Positions 54,745-63,399 of a DNA stretch of 64,000 nucleotides are shown here, one piece after another; the first letter of the stretch is position 1; the number at the start of each line of letters is the position of its first letter. The notes beneath the pieces are model-generated. The model saw only the letters and a program-made list of their open reading frames with translations. It was not told the DNA's origin and made no database searches. The DNA comes from Obrimoposthia wandeli (taxonomy: Eukaryota), in the NCBI GenBank assembly GCA_977020255.1, contig CDROCS010000506.1, positions 1,178,001-1,242,000 on the forward strand. Direction: 5' to 3'. The translations under genes and the position numbers were made by a program.

Positions 54745-54825
54745 AAGGTGCAGCAAGCTACAACAACACCTTACTATGCAGTATACCGACTCTGGTATGC
54801 TGCATTTATCCTTGACCTGCACCTT
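54745..54825 (+). other. Nested stem-loop (structured RNA candidate)
   Basis: AAGGTGCAG/CTGCACCTT outer stem and ATGCAGTATACC/GGTATGCTGCAT inner stem. Confidence 0.6.
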
Positions 54826-55016
54826 ATATCCGCATAATCAACATGACAACACTGTCACAATTGCTATTTTTTGTGCATAAAAACGCCACAAACTCCCCAT
54901 CTAAGCTACCGACCCTAACTAACAACAGCAAAAATTAAAAATAACTAATCATAAATAACCATATAAAAACAGTTACTTAAATATTAATAAAGATTTTTTA
55001 TGACATTAAGAATTCA

Positions 55017-55034
55017 CTGTAATATTTCTGTCAC
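55017..55034 (+). promoter_or_regulatory. Pho box upstream of the Na+/Pi cotransporter
   Basis: CTGTAAT-ATTT-CTGTCAC. Confidence 0.85.
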
Positions 55035-55111
55035 ACAAGTTTGTTCTAATCCTTCTCGTCAACTAACTGAAGCAAATCTGTCAAGAGCGACGGATAAAAC
55101 GGTACCTAGAG

Positions 55112-56266
55112 ATGAAAAACAACAACGAAGCAATTGAATTGAACCCAAGCACAATGCAAAAAGTATTTAGCTGGGTAAGTGTAGCCGCATTGGTATACTT
55201 CGTATTGGTAGCTGTATCTACAGTAAGCGGAGGCTTTAAAATGTTCTCCGGTGGTAGTGCTGGTGCAGAACAAATATTCGCTTTCGCAACTAACCCATTT
55301 GTCGCTTTACTACTAGGTATCCTAGTTACAGCGTTAGTGCAATCTTCAAGTACAGTAACATCAGTAATCGTTGGCCTAGTAGCCGGTGGTTTACCACTCT
55401 CAATCGCAATCCCGATGGTTATGGGTGCGAACATGGGTACTACAATTACCAACACTTTCGTGAGCATGGGTCATATCCGTGACAAGAAAGAGTTTGAGCG
55501 TGCATTTAGTGCAGCAACAGTACATGACTTCTTTAACTTACTCGCTGTGGCAATCTTCCTACCATTGGAAATTGCATTCGGTATCCTTGAGAAAATGGCC
55601 ACTTTCCTAGCAAACTTCTTTGTTTCGGATAGCAGCTTAAGTATTAAAGAATTCAACTTTATTAAACCGTTAACAAAACCTGCGGTAAACCAAATTAAAG
55701 AACTTGCTGGTTCATTACCTGTAGAAAGTAATACAGCTGGTCTAATCATGGTGTTCATCGGTATCTTCATGATTGGTTTCTCAGTTACCTTCCTAGGTAA
55801 AGTATTGAAATCAGTAATGGTTGGTCGTGCTAAAGCAGTATTACACGGTGCAATCGGTCGTGGTCCAGTAAGCGGTATCTTATCGGGTACAGCAGTAACT
55901 GTGATGGTGCAATCATCATCAACGACAACAAGCTTAATGATTCCACTAGCGGGTAGCGGTGTATTTACTACACGTCAAATCTTCCCATTCACACTAGGTG
56001 CGAACATAGGTACAACAATTACAGCGTTACTTGCTGCAACATCAATCAGTGGTGACACAGCACAACTAGCGATGACAATTGCACTGGTACACGTAATGTT
56101 CAACGTATTCGCAGTAGCACTTATCTACGGCATCCCGTTCTTACGTGAGATTCCAATCAAGTGTGCTGAATCATTAGCACGCCAAGGTACTGAAAACAAA
56201 TTCATCGCCTTTGGTTATGTAATCGGTGCTTTCTTCGCACTACCTGGTTTGATGATTATTTTCTAA
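55112..56266 (+). CDS. Na+/phosphate cotransporter (NptA-like, SLC34 family)
   Basis: Two QSSS motifs (VQSSSTVTS, VQSSSTTTS), MGANMGTT, LGANIGTT. Confidence 0.9.
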   Translation: MKNNNEAIELNPSTMQKVFSWVSVAALVYFVLVAVSTVSGGFKMFSGGSAGAEQIFAFATNPFVALLLGILVTALVQSSSTVTSVIVGLVAGGLPLSIAIPMVMGANMGTTITNTFVSMGHIRDKKEFERAFSAATVHDFFNLLAVAIFLPLEIAFGILEKMATFLANFFVSDSSLSIKEFNFIKPLTKPAVNQIKELAGSLPVESNTAGLIMVFIGIFMIGFSVTFLGKVLKSVMVGRAKAVLHGAIGRGPVSGILSGTAVTVMVQSSSTTTSLMIPLAGSGVFTTRQIFPFTLGANIGTTITALLAATSISGDTAQLAMTIALVHVMFNVFAVALIYGIPFLREIPIKCAESLARQGTENKFIAFGYVIGAFFALPGLMIIF

Positions 56267-56291
56267 ATCCAGATTACAAAATAACGAAATA

Positions 56292-56320
56292 AAAAGCTCA
56301 GACTTGTTCTGAGCTTTTTT
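56292..56320 (+). terminator. Terminator after the Na+/Pi cotransporter
   Basis: AAAAGCTCAGA-CTTGT-TCTGAGCTTTTTT. Confidence 0.85.
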
Positions 56321-56371
56321 GTATCTGCACTAAAATATCCGTTAACGACGCCAAAGCTCTTCCAATAAAAC

Positions 56372-56385
56372 CTGATCTAGATCAA
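56372..56385 (+). promoter_or_regulatory. FNR-like box upstream of trhP
   Basis: CTGAT-CTAG-ATCAA (9/10 to TTGAT-N4-ATCAA). Confidence 0.7.
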
Positions 56386-56475
56386 CACCAAAAAACCAGC
56401 CAACACGTAGAATCGCGAACCTTGATGTCCGAAGGGCATTCCCTGACTTGAACTCAGACAATTATTGAGGTTGAC

Positions 56476-57840
56476 ATGTTTACTCCAGAATTACTTTCCC
56501 CTGCCGGTTCTTTAAAGAACATGCGCTATGCTTTTGCTTACGGTGCTGATGCTGTTTACGCTGGCCAACCACGCTATAGCCTACGTGTTCGTAACAATGA
56601 ATTTAGCTTAGAAAACCTAGAAATTGGTATCAATGAAGCACACGCACTTGGTAAACAATTCTACGTGGTTTGTAATATTCAACCTCATAACTCAAAGTTA
56701 AAAACTTTCATCCGTGATTTAACACCTATCATCGCGATGAAACCAGACGCGATCATCATGTCTGATCCAGGTCTGATCATGATGGTACGTGAAGCTTTCC
56801 CTGATATGGTTATTCACCTTTCGGTACAAGCAAACGCTGTAAACTGGGCAACCGTTAAATTCTGGTATACCCAAGGTATTAAACGCGTGATCTTATCGCG
56901 TGAATTATCACTGGATGAAATTGAAGACATCCGTTTCCATTGCCCTGACATGGAAATCGAAGTATTTGTACACGGTGCATTATGCATGGCTTACTCTGGC
57001 CGTTGCCTATTGTCTGGTTACATCAATAAACGCGATCCAAACCAAGGTTCATGCACAAACTCATGTCGTTGGAAATACGATGCACATGAAGCGACTGAAA
57101 ATGAAACTGGCGACATTGTTGCAACAAGCCCTGAGATCTATACCCCAGAAGCTGCAGAACCAACATTAGGCGTAGGCAAACCGACTGATCAAATATTCTT
57201 ATTACAAGAACAAGGTCGTCCAAACGAATACATGCCAGCATTTGAAGATGAGCATGGTACTTACATCATGAACTCAAAAGACCTACGTGCTATCCAACAC
57301 GTTGAACGTCTGACTAAAATGGGCGTACATTCATTAAAAATTGAAGGTCGTACTAAATCGTTCTACTACTGTGCACGTACTGCGCAAGTATATAAGCAAG
57401 CGATTAACGATGCAGTGGCAGGCCGTGACTTTGATCCATCACTATTGGGTACGCTAGAGCACCTTGCACACCGTGGTTACACTGAAGGTTTCTTAAGCCG
57501 TCATACTCACGATGCATACCAAAACTACGATTACGGTTATTCAATCAGTGAAACACAGCAATTTGTTGGTGAGATAAACGGTCGTAACGACAAAGGTCTT
57601 GCAGAAGTTATCGTGAAGAACAAATTCTTAGTGGGTGATTCATTAGAATTAATGACACCACAAGGCAACATGACCTTCAAGCTTGATGAATTAGAAAACC
57701 GTAAAGGTGAAGCAATGGACGTGGCGCCAGGTTCTGGTCACATTGTTTACCTACCGGTTCCAGAAGAAGTTAAACTTGACCATGCGCTACTTATGCGTAA
57801 CTTTGCCAATAGTGAAGATACTCGTAACCCGCATAAATAA
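56476..57840 (+). CDS. trhP: Prephenate-dependent tRNA 5-hydroxyuridine synthesis protein (U32 family)
   Basis: PELLSPAG, HGALCMAYSGRCLLSGY, NQGSCTNSCRW, KIEGRTKS. Confidence 0.95.
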   Translation: MFTPELLSPAGSLKNMRYAFAYGADAVYAGQPRYSLRVRNNEFSLENLEIGINEAHALGKQFYVVCNIQPHNSKLKTFIRDLTPIIAMKPDAIIMSDPGLIMMVREAFPDMVIHLSVQANAVNWATVKFWYTQGIKRVILSRELSLDEIEDIRFHCPDMEIEVFVHGALCMAYSGRCLLSGYINKRDPNQGSCTNSCRWKYDAHEATENETGDIVATSPEIYTPEAAEPTLGVGKPTDQIFLLQEQGRPNEYMPAFEDEHGTYIMNSKDLRAIQHVERLTKMGVHSLKIEGRTKSFYYCARTAQVYKQAINDAVAGRDFDPSLLGTLEHLAHRGYTEGFLSRHTHDAYQNYDYGYSISETQQFVGEINGRNDKGLAEVIVKNKFLVGDSLELMTPQGNMTFKLDELENRKGEAMDVAPGSGHIVYLPVPEEVKLDHALLMRNFANSEDTRNPHK

Positions 57841-57866
57841 TCCATTAGGAAAGAAGAAATAACCTT

Positions 57867-58130
57867 ATGGCATTATTAATTAATGATAAGTGTATTAACT
57901 GTGACATGTGCGATCCGGAATGTCCGAATGGCGCGATCACTTTTGGTGCGAAGATTTATGAAATCGACCCGCTGTTATGCACTGAATGCATAGGTCATTA
58001 TGAGAAACCAACCTGTAAGACGGTTTGCCCGATTAACTGCATTATTACCGATCCGGATTATGTAGAAAAAGAGGAAACGTTATGGGAAAAATTTGTCATG
58101 ATCCAAGAAGCGACAAAAGCAGCCCGCTAA
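57867..58130 (+). CDS. yfhL: YfhL-family 2x[4Fe-4S] ferredoxin
   Basis: CINCDMCDPECP, CTECIGHY..PTC..VCP. Confidence 0.93.
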   Translation: MALLINDKCINCDMCDPECPNGAITFGAKIYEIDPLLCTECIGHYEKPTCKTVCPINCIITDPDYVEKEETLWEKFVMIQEATKAAR

Positions 58131-58217
58131 TCAGATCTAGCAGAGGTTCGATTTCAGTCGAATAAATACGAAAACGGCGAGCTTATAGCTCGCCGTTTTT
58201 CTTTAATGCCGTATTGC

Positions 58218-58796
58218 TCAGTTCAATGCTTTACGCGCTGACCAATCTTCATGTAACAATGCCGTTAATACATGGTCCTGCCAGCTTCCTGCTATTTTTA
58301 AATATTTACGGGCATAACCTTCACGTTCAAAACCAAGTCGCTGTAATAACGCGCCACTGCGTTCATTCACCGGAATATAATTAGCCATCACCCGATTCAA
58401 GCCAACATTTTCAAACATAAACCCTAAACAGCTTTGTAAAAACTCCACCATCAGTCCCTGCCCTTCATATACTTTGGAAATTGAATAACCGAGGGAGCAA
58501 GACTTAAACACACCTTGAATAATATTACTAAAATTAGCCACCGCAACGATCTCAGCAGAATGCCGATCGATAGCAATAAAACTAATGGCACTCGCAGCAT
58601 TAAATTCAATGCGGATCTGTTCGATACGTAGTTGCCACCAACGCAAGGTATAATAAACCTCACTGCGTATTGGTTCCCAAGGTGCTAAATGAACTTGATT
58701 ACGAATATAATACTGACATAGTTTCTCAGCATCACTCGCCACCGCAACACGGATAACTAAACGTTCGGTAACAAATTGGGGAAATTTCGATGACAT
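58218..58796 (-). CDS. rimJ: Ribosomal protein S5 alanine N-acetyltransferase
   Basis: HLAPWEP, LGYS, GQGLM, ANYIP.NERSG, GSWQDHVL. Confidence 0.9.
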   Translation of the reverse strand: MSSKFPQFVTERLVIRVAVASDAEKLCQYYIRNQVHLAPWEPIRSEVYYTLRWWQLRIEQIRIEFNAASAISFIAIDRHSAEIVAVANFSNIIQGVFKSCSLGYSISKVYEGQGLMVEFLQSCLGFMFENVGLNRVMANYIPVNERSGALLQRLGFEREGYARKYLKIAGSWQDHVLTALLHEDWSARKALN

Positions 58797-58833
58797 TCAA
58801 CACCTCAGCTAAACTAGTCCAAACTAAACCAGA

Positions 58834-59412
58834 CTAGGCGAGATGTAACCTTGTTGACGATAATAGACCACCATTATCAACTAATTGCTTCATCAAGCCT
58901 AAATTAGCCAGTATACGTTCAACTAATGGGGTTTCAAATGGATAATAGGTTTCTTTGCAATTATTAACCGATTCAATTGTCGCTACAATAAAATGCTCTA
59001 AGATCAAACAAGTATGATTTTGACGGAAGTTGGCCATCGATAGCTCTGTCGGCGAGTAAGCGCCACGACAATTGCTGCCAACCCGTAATACCGCACAGGG
59101 CAGTAAAGGAAAGTTATCATGCTGACAGAATGCATAAAAATTATCTAAGCTTTCTTCTTCCCACTCTGGGCTGACGATAATGAGGGCATCAGCAGATCGC
59201 ACTAACTCCGCGGTGAGTTGCCACTCATTTTGCCAATCATCCAGCTCATTTTTTATCGCGTTATCCCAAATTGGCAAGGCTACTTTAACGAAATCTAATA
59301 AGTTAACTTTACTAAATAACTGCGATTGCTCGGCTAATTGCAATACTGACTGTGCAACTTTAATCGTTGTAGACCTGTTTCTGGTACTGCCACTAATAAC
59401 AACTAGTCTCAC
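58834..59412 (-). CDS. Divergent NADPH-dependent FMN reductase-like flavodoxin-fold protein (GTG start)
   Basis: ISGSTR, LPIWD, ADALIIVSPEW; the following loop is degenerate. Confidence 0.7.
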   Translation of the reverse strand: MRLVVISGSTRNRSTTIKVAQSVLQLAEQSQLFSKVNLLDFVKVALPIWDNAIKNELDDWQNEWQLTAELVRSADALIIVSPEWEEESLDNFYAFCQHDNFPLLPCAVLRVGSNCRGAYSPTELSMANFRQNHTCLILEHFIVATIESVNNCKETYYPFETPLVERILANLGLMKQLVDNGGLLSSTRLHLA

Positions 59413-59505
59413 GGTATGCTCCCTGCCTCAAATTATTCACGACTACATCGTTTCCATATCCGTATGGAAATAACGTCAATCTAGTGATGATATGAGGGAA
59501 GCATA
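59413..59505 (-). promoter_or_regulatory. Long leader hairpin covering the RBS
   Basis: TATGCTTCC-CTCA pairs with TGAGG-CA-GGGAGCATA; apical TTTCCATA-CGGA-TATGGAAA. Confidence 0.55.
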
Positions 59506-59585
59506 AGCAAGGTCTATAGCGAATAGCTAAAGTAATACTATAACCATGCTATAACCATACGAAGGCATGATGCGATTATAACTTT

Positions 59586-60128
59586 TTACTGCGCAGTTGC
59601 TTGCGTCGCTGTATTCGTGTTTTTTTCACTGCTTAGGACGGGTTCAGCTAATCCTTGCTGAATAAATTCTGCCACATACGACAATAGTGTCGTTACTGCT
59701 TTAGGTAGTTCATCCAGATCAAAACTATCCAGCATGTTTTTTACTTCCAGACCGAGTTCGGTATCGCCTTCAATTTTTAAACGACGCTGAAAAAATAGTG
59801 TATCCGGATCTTCTTTACGAGCAGTAATTAACACCAATTCATTTAAATTACCTTTAAAGCTCACATCAACGTTTGCTGCGTTTGGCGCTATCACCAATTT
59901 ATTGTCCATACAGCTAATAAACCAATTAATCCCTAAGTCAGTAATTTCAACTTGTAGCCATTTTTGCTCAAGAAATTCAAACTCATCATCCGCGAGCGCT
60001 TCAGCGAATACTTTATTAAATACTTGTGATAGCACTTTTTCTTGCAGTGAAAAAGGCAATACTTTAGCAGGTATCGCTAATAGCGTTGGTACAGTGTGTA
60101 CCAACTTACGGTGTAGAGTATGTAACAT
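59586..60128 (-). CDS. ubiT: Anaerobic ubiquinone accessory factor (SCP2 domain)
   Basis: ARKEDPDTLFFQRRL.IEGDTELGL.VKN; divergent from ubiUV. Confidence 0.93.
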   Translation of the reverse strand: MLHTLHRKLVHTVPTLLAIPAKVLPFSLQEKVLSQVFNKVFAEALADDEFEFLEQKWLQVEITDLGINWFISCMDNKLVIAPNAANVDVSFKGNLNELVLITARKEDPDTLFFQRRLKIEGDTELGLEVKNMLDSFDLDELPKAVTTLLSYVAEFIQQGLAEPVLSSEKNTNTATQATAQ

Positions 60129-60210
60129 TGAGCATTGTTCCTTGAGCCTAGTTTATTAGGCATGATTTATAGGCATAGTTTCTTGTATATAGAAATCATT
60201 CTAGCCCTGT

Positions 60211-60243
60211 TAAATTGACCTGTTCATAATCGAGGTCAATTTA
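60211..60243. promoter_or_regulatory. 11-bp inverted repeat in the ubiT/ubiU intergenic region
   Basis: TAAATTGACCT-N11-AGGTCAATTTA. Confidence 0.55.
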
Positions 60244-60275
60244 TGGTGAATTTAAACGAAGTAAATTAGTTAATC

Positions 60276-60289
60276 CTGCCCTAAATCAA
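60276..60289 (+). promoter_or_regulatory. FNR-like box upstream of ubiUV
   Basis: CTGCC-CTAA-ATCAA; perfect right half site. Confidence 0.55.
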
Positions 60290-60351
60290 TTATCCATAAA
60301 AATGCTTGCCTTACACTTTCGTCCTGATTCATGGTTCGAGATAATATAACA

Positions 60352-61347
60352 ATGGAATTGCTTTGCCCCGCTGGTAACTTACCTGCGCTAAAAACGGCTG
60401 TCGATAATGGCGCCGATGCCGTTTATATCGGTTTTAAGGACGATACTAATGCCCGCCACTTTGCTGGTTTAAACTTTACCGATAAAAAACTCGATAAAGC
60501 GGTCGATTATATTCGTAGCCACAATCGTCACTTACATGTAGCGATTAATACCTTTGCCCACCCAGGAAAACTAGAACGCTGGGAACGTGCCGTTGACCGC
60601 TGTGCAGATATGGGGGTAGATGCTGCGATCATTTCTGATGTAGCAGTGCTTGATTATGCCACCAAGAAATACCCAGACTTAGAACTGCATTTATCGGTGC
60701 AAGCTTCAGCAACCAATGTGGAAGCAATTAACTTCTATACCAATAATTTTAATGTCAGCCGTGTGGTATTACCGCGCGTATTGTCTATTCACCAAGTAAA
60801 ACAATTAGCCCGTAATACCGATGTCGAATTAGAAGTTTTTGCCTTTGGTAGCTTGTGTATTATGGCTGAAGGCCGTTGTTATTTATCCTCATATTTAACC
60901 GGTGAATCGCCAAATACAGTCGGTGCATGTTCGCCAGCAAAATTCGTGCGCTGGGAAGAAACCGAGCAAGGTCTAGAGTCTCGCTTAAACGGCGTGCTTA
61001 TCGACCGCTATCAACCAGAAGAAAAAACCGGTTACCCAACACTTTGCAAAGGCCGCTTTAACGTCGACGGTAAAGTATTCCATGCACTGGAAGAGCCGAC
61101 TAGCTTAAATACTCTGGCATTAATACCTGAGTTGGCACAAGCCAAGATCTCAGCCGTTAAAATTGAAGGTCGCCAACGTAGTCCTGCCTATACCGAGCAA
61201 GTGACTAAAGTATGGCGCGCCGCACTTGATCGCTATCGCCGAGATCCAGCGCAATATCAAGTTGAAGCCGCATGGAATAAGCAGCTTGATCAGCTTTCTG
61301 AAGGCACCAGTACCACGTTAGGCGCTTATCATCGAGATTGGCAGTAA
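60352..61347 (+). CDS. ubiU: Anaerobic ubiquinone hydroxylase subunit UbiU (U32 family)
   Basis: MELLCPAGN, FGSLCIMAEGRCYLSSY, GACSPA, YPTLCKGRF. Confidence 0.95.
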   Translation: MELLCPAGNLPALKTAVDNGADAVYIGFKDDTNARHFAGLNFTDKKLDKAVDYIRSHNRHLHVAINTFAHPGKLERWERAVDRCADMGVDAAIISDVAVLDYATKKYPDLELHLSVQASATNVEAINFYTNNFNVSRVVLPRVLSIHQVKQLARNTDVELEVFAFGSLCIMAEGRCYLSSYLTGESPNTVGACSPAKFVRWEETEQGLESRLNGVLIDRYQPEEKTGYPTLCKGRFNVDGKVFHALEEPTSLNTLALIPELAQAKISAVKIEGRQRSPAYTEQVTKVWRAALDRYRRDPAQYQVEAAWNKQLDQLSEGTSTTLGAYHRDWQ

Positions 61348-61444
61348 CCTTTAATTTATATTGGCAACAAGCAAGTTTGCAAATCTATGTGGATGATACC
61401 TATATTTGCAAACTCACATTGGCAAAACAGCCACGAGAGTAATT

Positions 61445-62326
61445 ATGAAATACGCATTAGGCCCAATCTTATATTATTGGCCAAAACAACAAGTCGAAGA
61501 TTTTTATGCAGCAGCGGTTAACTCCGATGCCGATATTATTTATCTTGGTGAAACCGTTTGCAGTAAACGCCGAGAATTAAAACCCAAAGACTGGTTAGGG
61601 TTAGCCAAAGAAATAGCTGATTCCGGTAAGCAAGTGGTGATCTCAACCATGGCGTTATTAGAAGCACCGTCAGAGGTGAATATACTGCGTAAATACTGTG
61701 AAAACGGCGATTTTATTGTTGAAGCAAACGACTTTGGTGCGATTAATTTATTGTCTGAAGCTAAAACACCTTTTGTTTGTGGTCATGCGTTGAATGTCTA
61801 TAACGCGCAAGTATTACAGCTACTCGTTAACAAAGGTATGCAACGCTGGGTCATGCCTGTGGAATTATCACGAGATTGGTTAGTGCAGTTGCAAGAAGAC
61901 AGCAGAATACTTAATATCCGCGACCAATTTGAAATCGAAGTATTTGCCCATGGCCATTTACCACTAGCCTACTCTGCTCGCTGTTTTACCGCTCGTTCAG
62001 AAAACAAAGCCAAAGATGATTGCGAGCTGTGCTGTATAAACCATGCCAATGGCAAACCAGTGTATAGCCAAGACGATAAAGAGTTATTTACCATTAATGG
62101 TATTCAAACCATGTCAGGCTATAAATACAATTTATTAAATGATGTGGCCAGTATGCAGGATTTAGTCGATGTGGTGCGCGTGAGTCCGTTAGGTGATTCA
62201 GCATTTGAAACCCTTGGACAATTTAAACAAGCGGCAGAAAAAAATATTAAATTCGACTTACAGCTCGACCGAGAATGTAATGGCTATTGGCATCAAATCG
62301 CCGGATTCGATACGGTAAATACGTAA
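61445..62326 (+). CDS. ubiV: Anaerobic ubiquinone hydroxylase subunit UbiV (U32 family)
   Basis: MKYALGPILYYW, GETVCSKRR, YSARCFTAR, CELCC, INGIQT. Confidence 0.95.
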   Translation: MKYALGPILYYWPKQQVEDFYAAAVNSDADIIYLGETVCSKRRELKPKDWLGLAKEIADSGKQVVISTMALLEAPSEVNILRKYCENGDFIVEANDFGAINLLSEAKTPFVCGHALNVYNAQVLQLLVNKGMQRWVMPVELSRDWLVQLQEDSRILNIRDQFEIEVFAHGHLPLAYSARCFTARSENKAKDDCELCCINHANGKPVYSQDDKELFTINGIQTMSGYKYNLLNDVASMQDLVDVVRVSPLGDSAFETLGQFKQAAEKNIKFDLQLDRECNGYWHQIAGFDTVNT

Positions 62327-62418
62327 CCCCTCCATAAACCCTCCCCTTTACTTCAAGGGGGAGGTCGGGAGGGGGTTTCCTCCCCCCTTTATTTTGCAAT
62401 TAAAAGTAGGGGGAGGCT
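62325..62418. repeat. Composite GC-rich REP-like palindromes
   Basis: AACCCCTCCATAAACCCTCCCCTTTACTTCAAGGGGGAGGTCGGGAGGGGGTT plus CCTCCCCCC...GGGGGGAGG between convergent ubiV and nlpI. Confidence 0.75.
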
Positions 62419-62427
62419 TAAAAGGCG

Positions 62428-63318
62428 TTAGCCCTTATTCGCTAAACGACTCAACTCTAAACGCGCATAACCATGCTCAATAAATTCATAAACATTGTTA
62501 CTTAATGCTAATTTGAAATAACTTTCAGCGGCACGTTCATCATTCATTAATAGCTTGTATTTACCAAGATAGAAATACGTTTCAGTTAAACGATGCGCGA
62601 GTATTTTGTTATAGCTCGGGTCAGCTTTATCTAATCCGTCGAGCAATTTAGCCAATAATTGCGTCTCATTTAATTCTTGAGAGTATAACGCGACAATATT
62701 CCACGACCAATTGTTATCAATATGCTGGCTGTAACGCGTTTTAACGGCTGTTAATGCATCTTGTGCACTTACTTCATATTCAGGATAATACAACCACAGA
62801 GTTCTAAATGGGTCATTAGGTGCTTCATTATAAGCACTAACCAGATCTTCAGTGGCTAAACTATAACGCTCACCATAATATAAAGCGATACCGCGATTGA
62901 GCAGTACATAATTATTCTCTGGATCTAACTGCGCAATCGAATCATAAGCATCGAATGCTTCATCAAACTGTTCGGTTTGAGTCATATACAAACCAATAAA
63001 GTTATAAGCTGGTACAAAATCAGGCTGCAGTGTTAATGAACGTTGGAAGTCAGCGTGTGCCAGTGAGCGTAAGCCCATGCTATCAGCCAATAAACCACGT
63101 TCATAAAAATAACGCGCTTGACGACTACGATCGTCTTTAGCATCCAGGATCAACTGGCTGTAACGCATTAACATAATTTCGGTTTGGTAATTAACTTGAA
63201 GTGGTTCTGCGAGAATTAATTCGGAAGGCGTACGGTCGTCAGTTGAAAAAGACCCCGACAATGAACTACAGCCTGAAAGTAAGGCTGTAACAATTAATAA
63301 ACTAAGACATCTTTTCAT
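62428..63318 (-). CDS. nlpI: TPR lipoprotein NlpI
   Basis: Lipobox LLSGC, YERG, DPFRTLWLY, ETYFYLGK, FIEH; follows pnp. Confidence 0.93.
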   Translation of the reverse strand: MKRCLSLLIVTALLSGCSSLSGSFSTDDRTPSELILAEPLQVNYQTEIMLMRYSQLILDAKDDRSRQARYFYERGLLADSMGLRSLAHADFQRSLTLQPDFVPAYNFIGLYMTQTEQFDEAFDAYDSIAQLDPENNYVLLNRGIALYYGERYSLATEDLVSAYNEAPNDPFRTLWLYYPEYEVSAQDALTAVKTRYSQHIDNNWSWNIVALYSQELNETQLLAKLLDGLDKADPSYNKILAHRLTETYFYLGKYKLLMNDERAAESYFKLALSNNVYEFIEHGYARLELSRLANKG

Positions 63319-63345
63319 AATCACCACTTATTTATTTACAGATAC

Positions 63346-63371
63346 AAAAAAGGAGCGTATCAACGCTCCTT
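63346..63371 (-). terminator. Hairpin/terminator after pnp
   Basis: AAAAAAGGAGCG-TATCAA-CGCTCCTT. Confidence 0.75.
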
Positions 63372-63399
63372 AAAATAATCAATCTAAATTAACAACAAG

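Noticed and set aside
62325-62418. CRISPR or IS termini
   Set aside because: No regular repeat-spacer units, cas genes, transposase or target duplication; treated as REP-like.
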